Assembly (NCBI GenBank): GCA_951406725.2
Contig: OX597828.1
Span: 51,770,001 to 51,834,000, forward strand
Source of the DNA: Octopus vulgaris
Lineage: Eukaryota
Length of the DNA: 64,000 nucleotides
Direction: 5' to 3'
Shown: one piece after another, positions 55,117 to 64,000 of the stretch
Numbering within the stretch: position 1 is the stretch's first letter
Layout: each line of letters begins with the position of its first letter
Position numbers and translations under genes: made by a program
The notes under the pieces: model-generated
Told to the model about the DNA's origin: nothing
The model's database searches: none
Seen by the model: only the letters and a program-made list of their open reading frames with translations

Positions 55117-55693
55117 ACAATTGCAGCGTGGAAGGTGTTTATAAGCCATTTAAGAAACACACAAAACCGTTCGATTCACTTAAACATTTAAGTTTAATTT
55201 GTCAAGATATTTTAGGGTATAGTTTTGGGAGTAAGCGTCATAAATCACTTTCTAGCTTCGGCCGTAGGAAGTTGAAATTTGATAGCTTTGTGATGAGTGG
55301 TCACTCTACATCCATCCATCGCTACAGGTTGATAGCTTTATGTTTTATAGAGTGTATGTGCGTGCATATACACACACATACATATATACATACATACATA
55401 CATACATACATACATACATACATACATACATACATGCATACACAGGCGTATGTGCGTACATGCATACGTACATACATACACACATGTATGCATACATACA
55501 CACATACATACGTACATATATATGACGAACTAACTGTTACTTTCTTAGATGCAGCACGGACTTTGTCAGTGAACAGGTCGCGGATTTTAGCGACGAAAAT
55601 ATTTTGACAAATTAAACTTAAATGTTGAAGTGAATCGAACGGCTTTTGTGTGTTTCTTAAATGCCTTATAAACATCTTCCACGCTGCAATTGT
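55117..55693. repeat. pair of ~97-bp inverted repeats (Penelope-type termini)
   Basis: 55117-55213 is the reverse complement of 55596-55693 with few mismatches. Both outer flanks run into (TA)n. Confidence 0.85.
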
Positions 55694-55749
55694 TTTCGTT
55701 TCAGCACACGATCTCAGATCAAATTACTTGCTATGCGAGTACATCTCCG

Positions 55750-55891
<142 letters not shown>

Positions 55892-56204
55892 ACATATATA
55901 AATAATGTAATATAATATAATATACTGTTCTGTGATAGAACATTCAATAGAAAATATACTCCATCTGGTGAGAGAGAAATATAATTTATATAAAGGGCAC
56001 AATATCTATCTATTTATCTATCTATCTATTCATATATTTATCTATATGTGGCATTTATGTGTAATAATGCCCTCTATACAATATAAATAAATATTTTCAA
56101 GTGAAAAAATTATTTTCGAATTTTTTCTCTTATGAGGTTTTTCACGCTAACTACCTGATAATTTATTGTTAAGATTCCTTATTAAGATTTTATCCTTAAT
56201 TGTT

Positions 56205-56269
<65 letters not shown>

Positions 56270-56318
56270 AATGTGTGTGCGTATAAAAACAGAGAGAGCT
56301 GCATTCATATATATGTAA

Positions 56319-56367
<49 letters not shown>

Positions 56368-56662
56368 CATATATATATACAGAGGACAGACAACTGAGAT
56401 AATATTGAGCAACAATTGATTTGCATCAATTATTATCTATTAATTATTGACAAAAATACTGCATCCCATCTACCAACAGTTTCTGTTGCGAATTGCCTTT
56501 GGTATCATCATTATTATGCTAAAAATATATATCATATTTTGCAAGGAAAACAACCGATTTGAATCATTCAGCTTCATCAAAGTGATATATATATATGAGT
56601 GTGTGTGTATAGAAACGTGTGTCGGAAGTAAAAGTATTTGAATTATACCTGCGTTAAACTCC

Positions 56663-56720
<58 letters not shown>

Positions 56721-56724
56721 AAAT

Positions 56725-56870
56725 TTAGTCCAACATGAAAACACAAAGAGAAAACACAACAACGCGAGGACGTGGAACAAGTAAAGTATTATTGGACGCT
56801 CAGGACAGAAGGAAAGAAGGAGGGTTTAACGTTTCGAGCGGAGCCCTTCGTCAGAAACATAGGAAAAAAG
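56725..56870 (-). mobile_element. Penelope-type terminal repeat, family A
   Basis: Homologous to 10633-10830 and 58672-58868. Confidence 0.75.
56824..56858 (-). ncRNA. minimal type I hammerhead ribozyme motif
   Basis: gttt-CTGACGA-a-gggc-tcc-gctc-GAAAcgtt-aaac. Intact core boxes and palindromic AACGTT in place of stem III. Confidence 0.65.
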
Positions 56871-57267
56871 TTATAAAGTTATATGGTTATAAAGTTATAT
56901 GTAAATGCTAAAGTATAACATAACCCCAAATATAATCAAGCACCTCTCCTTAACAGCTTACCGAAAAAACTAATTACCTCCCCACTCGAACTCACATACC
57001 CAAGGAAGATTTTAGCTTAACAGAGACAAGATAAAGCCAAGGTCAACTTCAATGTATTGCAGTCCGACGGTGAATTAAAAGGCCGAAACTTTGAAGTCCC
57101 TGTCATAAATATTCTTGCTTGAAACATATTATATATATGTTCTACAACATTATAGAGTAGCGCTTCAGATAATTATAAAATTATTTTTATTAAAACAGAA
57201 CATAAAAACTCACACATACATACATACATACACATGTGATTTGTGTGTGTGTGATTGTGTGTGTGTA

Positions 57268-57407
57268 ACTGCGTCGTAAGAAACTTGCCTCCAACCACAT
57301 GATTCCGGATTCAGTGGCACCTTGGTCACGTGCATTCTAATAATTTCTCAAGCCGACTAAAGCCTTAATTGGATTCGGTAGGCGTAAACTAAGAGAAGCC
57401 CGTCGTG

Positions 57408-57453
<46 letters not shown>

Positions 57454-57460
57454 CGTATGC

Positions 57461-57515
<55 letters not shown>

Positions 57516-57696
57516 AGAGTGACTTTAAGTCTTGACAACCAATGTTAGTGTGTTTATGCCCCCGTAAACAAGCGGCTCGGCAAAGGAGAACGATAAAATA
57601 ACTACTACGCTTACAAAGAATAAGTTCTGCGTCAATTTCTTCGACTAGAAAGTCCTAGAAGGTGATGCTCCGTCGTGGCCACAGTCAAATAACTTG

Positions 57697-57702
<6 letters not shown>
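57268..57702 (+). mobile_element. CR1-tailed SINE with internal (TG)n
   Basis: gtaagaaacttgcctccaaccacatg head, agaagcccgtcg, cttgacaacc, tail ggtgatgctccgtcgtggccacagtcaaataacttgaac. Confidence 0.8.
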
Positions 57703-57762
<60 letters not shown>

Positions 57763-57877
57763 CAAGGGCAAAAGAAAATTATTGCCCTTGTTTATAAGTT
57801 GTTTATAACTTTAACCTTTAAAGATATTTTAATATGCTACCACTTTGTAATGAAATTTTTTCTGTAAAAAACTTCAT

Positions 57878-57994
<117 letters not shown>

Positions 57995-58671
57995 GATATA
58001 CATGTGTGTATGTATTAATGCTAGAAGATTTGGGAGAATGAGCGTCATTGAGGATATTACAAGAATTCAAAAACATTCTGAAAGGAATATTTTTACTGAT
58101 AAGATACCTGGCTGGCAGTAATCAATTTCGTTTATTTGCCACACGAATATATAAGGAAAATTGTTTAAAATCTATTTTATATATATTCAGAATTGCGTTG
58201 TCACTGCAAGTTAATTCAACATGATTTGAAATAAAATTCCTCAATTTAATGTTTCGAAGCTTCAGAATCGGTAACTTAGAATAGATTTGGAATATTACAT
58301 TTCCATCATTGCGCGAATTATATTAAGATACGGGGTAAGACCTTAAACCTTTTATATTTACATGTTTATTTTTACTATTTAGTAAAACATTTCTATTATA
58401 TTATACTGTATGTGAAATAATTTGATTATTGAAATATAGTCAAATCAATGACATTATTTCTTAGGTAAACAATATTTAACTCGGTGTCAAATTGTTGTCG
58501 GTTTAAAAGTAAAGGGCTTGTACTAAATACATTGCACACAAGCTAACATTGGATAACAACGTACTGCTATACACACAAACATACATACGTAGACATTCTA
58601 TATACTTATAATTATGATGTATATCTATCTATCTAGCTATTTATCTATCTCTACATATATATATATATATA

Positions 58672-58868
58672 GTTAATCCAAACATGAAAGCACAAAAAAG
58701 ACACAACAACGCGAGGACGTGGAACAAATATAGTATTATTGGACGCTCAGGAAAGAAGGAGGGTTTAACGTATCGAGCGGAGCTCTTCGTCGGAAACATA
58801 GGAGAAGGAAAGATCCAGAGAAGGGAAGACAGAGGAAAAAATCGCCAACGGTACACACGAGGTCACAT
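58672..58868 (-). mobile_element. Penelope-type terminal repeat, family A (core mutated)
   Basis: Homologous to 10633-10830. Minus strand CCGACGA...GATA. Confidence 0.75.
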
Positions 58869-58880
58869 TTTGAAAAAAAA

Positions 58881-58915
<35 letters not shown>

Positions 58916-61669
58916 TGTATGTATGTATGTATGTACCTATGTATGTATGTGCAACAGTCCTTCAAATTTTCTAAGCCCTGTAAAAGAACTATGATGGTTA
59001 AGCTTCCAACCAGGCCTTTCGTGACACCCTTAATGCCAGGGTCTTTTCAGCACTTTCTCTTTTATATATGTATATATCTTTGTTGTTTGTGTGTGTGTGT
59101 CTGCGTGTGTATACATACGCACAAAACACACACACACACACACACATACACACATCACACACAGAAAGACGTATGTTAGTTTGATTATTTAGTTTACTTA
59201 AAGGTGTGTAGGCGAATAGTTAAATTGGAAATAAACGTTTCCATGCGATAAAATTGACGTAATACATCCATGTTTTTAAGTAATTATATTATTTCATATC
59301 GTCAAAATAAAATATGAAACTTCAAATTAGATATCCCACGGCATCCATTACTGTTATGGATTGAAAAGTAAATAACTCATTATCTTGACAGAAAAAGATT
59401 CCTGCAATTTTATTGCCTAATCCAATAAGAAGCAGAAAAGCTAGAATAAGGTTTCACTACTTGTTTATGGAATAATACATCAGAAATCAGGCGGCTGCAG
59501 CAGATTCTTTAAAAGTTTTGAAATTTGGTTTTGGACAAATAGTATCCTTATAATTTCCCTTTATGTGGAGAAGAAAGCCTAAATATTAATATCTAAATGT
59601 TTGAAAGCATAATTCTACAAAATCTTGTTATATGTTTGATAAGTGTTTGATAAATGGAAATGATAAATGCTGAATATACAATAGATAAGATATTGGTAAA
59701 TAAATTTCCTTTATTCCACTGCTTATAACAAGCCATTACTATGGGTTTGTTTGGAATAAAGTATTGTGATAAATCACATTTTAAATATTTGAAATATGTT
59801 AATAACAATGCGAAATATCTGAAGATATTGGATGTCGGTGCTTGACTGAAGCAATGGTATGAGGGTTACAGCAGCTTTTAATAAATATGGGAAAAGGAAA
59901 CGGTGAAATAAGTGTTCGAGATTGTATGTAGATTATGGATAGAGAACAGTCTGGTCGCATTTCATGTAAGTAGACCAACTCGGCGCAAAGCCTATTGTAA
60001 ATATATTTTTTCATATAAAATATTATCGCTATCGTTAGCAATAATATTTTCTTACTTTAAAAGCAGCTTTCTGATTCCTCATGAAAAAATAAACTAGATT
60101 CTTTAGATGAGGAACGTGTTTGGAGTGCTTTCGCGACATAGTTCTTGCCTCTGAATGTTTCTTCACTCGTAACCTGCATAAGTAATCCGAATAAGTATAT
60201 ATAAGACGATTCTAGGTCTGGTAAAAATGATAATAGGTGAGATAGTGTTAGCCAGCCAAATAAATTATCTTGTCTTGTGTTGTCTTCGCTGATTGTGGCG
60301 CCACATTAACATGTTGCAGGGTGATGTACCTATTGTCATTCTCTAAGCACTTTTTCAATCTGTTCGATATTATCTTGCAGAATAGACCAATGTCTATTAA
60401 ACCTCCAGTATAGGTCCTTAAAATTTTGATTAGGATCCTCTTCAATTGGTGTTTTTACTACATCATTATTGAGAACACAGTTGGTCTTCCTGATCGATAG
60501 GTATCCTAAAGATCGAAATCACCGTTTTTATCGATTTTTGCTCCTCTTGTGTTGACCATTTCAATTAGACATACGAGGATATAGTATTATATAATGACAA
60601 AGTGATAAAAGTGATAACCTAGGAATTGAGCGAAACATGATGTTTGTTTCAGTTGACATGACATTTCGACAATAGAGAGAGGGTTTGTGTATTTCTCTGC
60701 AAAGAATAGAATTAGATGCTGTTTGTTTGTTTTTATTTCTAATATGTAAACCAATTTTATGCAGATAATTTGCAGAGTCTTTTGAGTGTCGATTAGAATT
60801 CCGCGTGCAGTTTATTCTGAATTTTTGAGCCCCGCGTTCATATTCCTCTGACCTGAACATTGAGATTCCGGTCGTTAAAAATAATTTACCAACCCAAGTG
60901 TTGGATATACCCACATATCAGACCGGCTACTTTGCAATATGCTTCTCAAATCTTTGTGTTGAATTCATACCCTGTTGTGACCAATTTGGATAGTAAACGT
61001 TTCTTAATAAACATACCATAACGGTATTTAACACGAAAGGGTTAATTATTGCCTGTGTGTATAAAAAAAATTCTATGTCCAGGAATGAAACAAAAGAGAG
61101 AATGTCAATATGAGGCTAATCCATTGTTATTTATAAATTGAGCATAGTTTGTATAAAATGCTAATTTGTAAAGCACTTGTGCTTTAGAAAGTATTTCGTA
61201 AAATCTACGTGAAAATTCCTCAATTATTGAAGAGAATTGAAATTTAATGTAATTAACAAACAATCAAATCATGGTTGATGATGATCTTAGCGACACTTAT
61301 TGCATTATCCTCGAACAAAAGCTTGGAATAAATGAGGGAAAATAATAATTGGAGTGGCTTATAAAAAACATCAACTTTTAATATTATGGTGCCACTATCG
61401 ATTATTCTATTAAGACAATTTATTGGAGAGATAAAAATCGATACACTTATTGGCTCTCCTTACGGAGAGAAATAGAGAAGCTCAAGTGTATTGCCAAGTC
61501 CATTAAGCCATGATATCTACACGATTTTCATTAACCCAATATCTTTTTTCATACAAGAGTACGCTTGAGAGAAATGTTTTGTAACGCCATATCTTTCCAT
61601 CTATTTACAAATATTTTTGCCATCGATTTCTCATATCGGTTTAGTAACAATAACACACAAGAAAAAAAA

Positions 61670-61696
61670 ATGATAATAGTAATAGTAATGATAATG

Positions 61697-61763
<67 letters not shown>

Positions 61764-61873
61764 CAACAACTACAATTGTAATGATAATGATTATTTTTAT
61801 TATCATTATCATCCATTTTATTGTTGTTCGTACAGTTGTAGTTTTTCTTCTACTTCTTCTTTTTCTTCTTCTT

Positions 61874-61940
<67 letters not shown>

Positions 61941-61960
61941 GTATTGCTGTTGTTGTTATT
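61670..61960. repeat. opposed (AAT)n and (ATT)n tracts
   Basis: Directly visible. Confidence 0.9.
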
Positions 61961-62629
61961 ATTGTTGACTGCTCCAATAACTTTATCCAGTGAAAACGAT
62001 TTAAAAAAGAAAATCAACGAATGAAATGGAAAACAAATATTGAAAATATTGAAAGATAACTGTGTCAGTAACGCTTGCTAAATATATTGACCATTATCTG
62101 AAATTATTTTGCATTTCATAAATATAAAGCGAGACAGATCGGATACAATGTGTTCCCATGTCGAAGTAAATAACGAAAATACGTTTCTTAATAATAGTAA
62201 TCATATAGCACTTCTATTATGCATACAACGAGGAAAGACCCATTCGGCCCTAAATTAAACGTTGTATACTTAATTGGCATGTCGTGCGTAAACAAAGAGG
62301 TTCTTAACGATAATAAAGACTTAAGTAAATGCCCTGTCATTTAGTCTTATTTTATCGCAATTCACACAGAAGAGGTACTCGCGGATTTAAACAGTTTAGG
62401 AGCTAGTATCAGACGAATAGAAGAGCGCGCGTGTTGCGACAGTAGTGTTTAATAGAAAATTTAATAGTTTTATAGTTATCCAACAGACTCACACTAAAAA
62501 TCTGCTTCAAGTTACGGACTCATTACTCTATTCATAATGTATTTTATATATGTATATTCAGGTTCTGTAACATTAAGTCTAGAACAGCAACCGAGGGTTT
62601 TTCAATGGCTAACAAATTATCGTTGTCTT

Positions 62630-62800
<171 letters not shown>

Positions 62801-62978
62801 CGATGATGAACAAAAGACCTATGTTTCAACATATTCAACCCCAAACAATTTCTCCCAACACATGGCTATGACGCACCCCCAGTACTTCTGCTCTCGTGAT
62901 CAGAAATTGCACATATTGTCAGCCACTAAGTGACAAGCTCCGCTGGTTAACGTCAGGCAATTGACAAGTACGTCTGTG

Positions 62979-63201
62979 GGCAGAAACGTTAGCGCGCCGG
63001 GCGAAATGCTTAGCGGTATTTCGTCTGTGTTATGTTGTGAGTTCAAATTCCGCCGAGGTCGACTTTGCCTTTCATCCTTTCGGGGTCGATAAATTAAGTA
63101 CCAGTTACGCACTGGGGTCGATGTAATCGACTTAATACCTATGTCTGTCTGTCTTTGTTTGTCCCCTCTGTGTTTAGCCCCTTGTGGGTAATAAAGAAAT
63201 A
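62979..63201 (+). mobile_element. Meta-like SINE with Tx1-type tail, slightly 5'-truncated
   Basis: Same family as 40523-40753; followed immediately by GGTATT. Confidence 0.9.
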
Positions 63202-63327
63202 GGTATTGAGCAGAATATTTGATGCGGCCCATATTTTTACACCAAGACAAAACATTGTACATGATAACACTTCCGATCAGTGAAGATCAGAAGCTATCAG
63301 AATCACTGCCCGGTACTGCATCAGGGC

Positions 63328-63428
63328 TTCTTCTTCTTCTTCTTCTTCTTCTTCTTCTTCTTCTTCTTCTTCTTCTTCTTCTTCTTCTTCTTCTTCTTCT
63401 TCTTCTTCTTCTTCTTCTTCTTCTTCTT

Positions 63429-63459
<31 letters not shown>

Positions 63460-63460
63460 A

Positions 63461-63515
<55 letters not shown>
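63328..63515. repeat. (CTT)n(ATT)n microsatellite
   Basis: Directly visible. Confidence 0.95.
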
Positions 63516-63519
<4 letters not shown>

Positions 63520-63520
<1 letters not shown>

Positions 63521-64000
63521 TTTATATTATTTTTTTCCTTCTTTCTTCAAATTTTCTTCCGTTTCTCGCCGACATTTTCCCGTACACCTAGGGCAGAGAA
63601 GTTCATTGTATGCATTCCCAGATTACACACGCAAATTCACAGGTAAAATATGTATTTAAAAAATAAATAAATAAATAAATTTATGAATGGACGTTATTTT
63701 CACAGCGATAATGCTCTTCTCAGTACATGAACCGTTCCAGGTAACACGATTCTTTGCACTTCCTGTAGGGATTGTAAGCCTGGTATCATTTTCAAATAGG
63801 TTTCAGTACATTTTTTAAATCATTTCTAGAGATCCTACAATGACTGGTACTGTAGTCGCCTTGAGATGCCTTATTTTTTTCAATTTCTAGTAGCAAGTCT
63901 TTATATTTACTAATCTTGTCAAATTCTTTCGCCGCTATATTGTGATCGCAAGGAATACTCATGTCAATTAATAAACACATCTTTTTTTGTCTGATCTTTT
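63520..64000 (-). mobile_element. R4/Dong LINE RLE domain and 3' UTR (runs off the window)
   Basis: CLLIDMSIPCDHNIAAKEFDKISKYKDL, VPVIVGSL, LQEVQRIVLPGTVHVLRRALSL*. The 3' end abuts (TAA)n. Confidence 0.85.

Noticed and set aside
57759-57793. 12-bp hairpin aaacaagggcaa/ttgcccttgttt resembling a terminator
   Set aside because: Eukaryotic context beside (TA)n; too short to interpret.
59300-61550. Possible very old R4-like LINE relic
   Set aside because: Hints such as RPDCSLSIIY are too degenerate to fix the strand or boundaries by eye.
63265-63325. Faint resemblance to U2 snRNA segments
   Set aside because: Only short patchy matches; no branch-point recognition or Sm site in the right order.

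Overview
AT-rich, repeat-saturated animal genomic DNA with one 100-N scaffold gap (34576-34675). The SINE families look like those of octopus/cephalopods (inference). Almost all long ORFs in the track are microsatellite artefacts. The real protein-coding signal is transposon-derived: a Tx1/L1-clade LINE with a 5' inversion inside a (GATA)n tract (3274-5528), a nearly intact CR1-group LINE (20652-24337), a decayed Gypsy element, R4/Dong, RTE and Penelope fragments, and mariner and DD37D-type transposons. At least four tRNA-derived SINE families and many Penelope-type hammerhead-ribozyme motifs are also present. The main observations are: (1) two SINE-LINE partnerships can be read directly in this window from shared 3' tails; (2) the Tx1-tailed SINE repeatedly ends against GGTATT and forms a self-nested tandem array, suggesting target-specific mobilisation; (3) a tRNA-headed element ends in a decayed hammerhead motif and starts with a perfect palindrome. 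Only weak host-gene evidence exists (one plausible exon at 47285-47439). Element classifications are from motif recognition, not database searches, and the boundaries of decayed elements are approximate.
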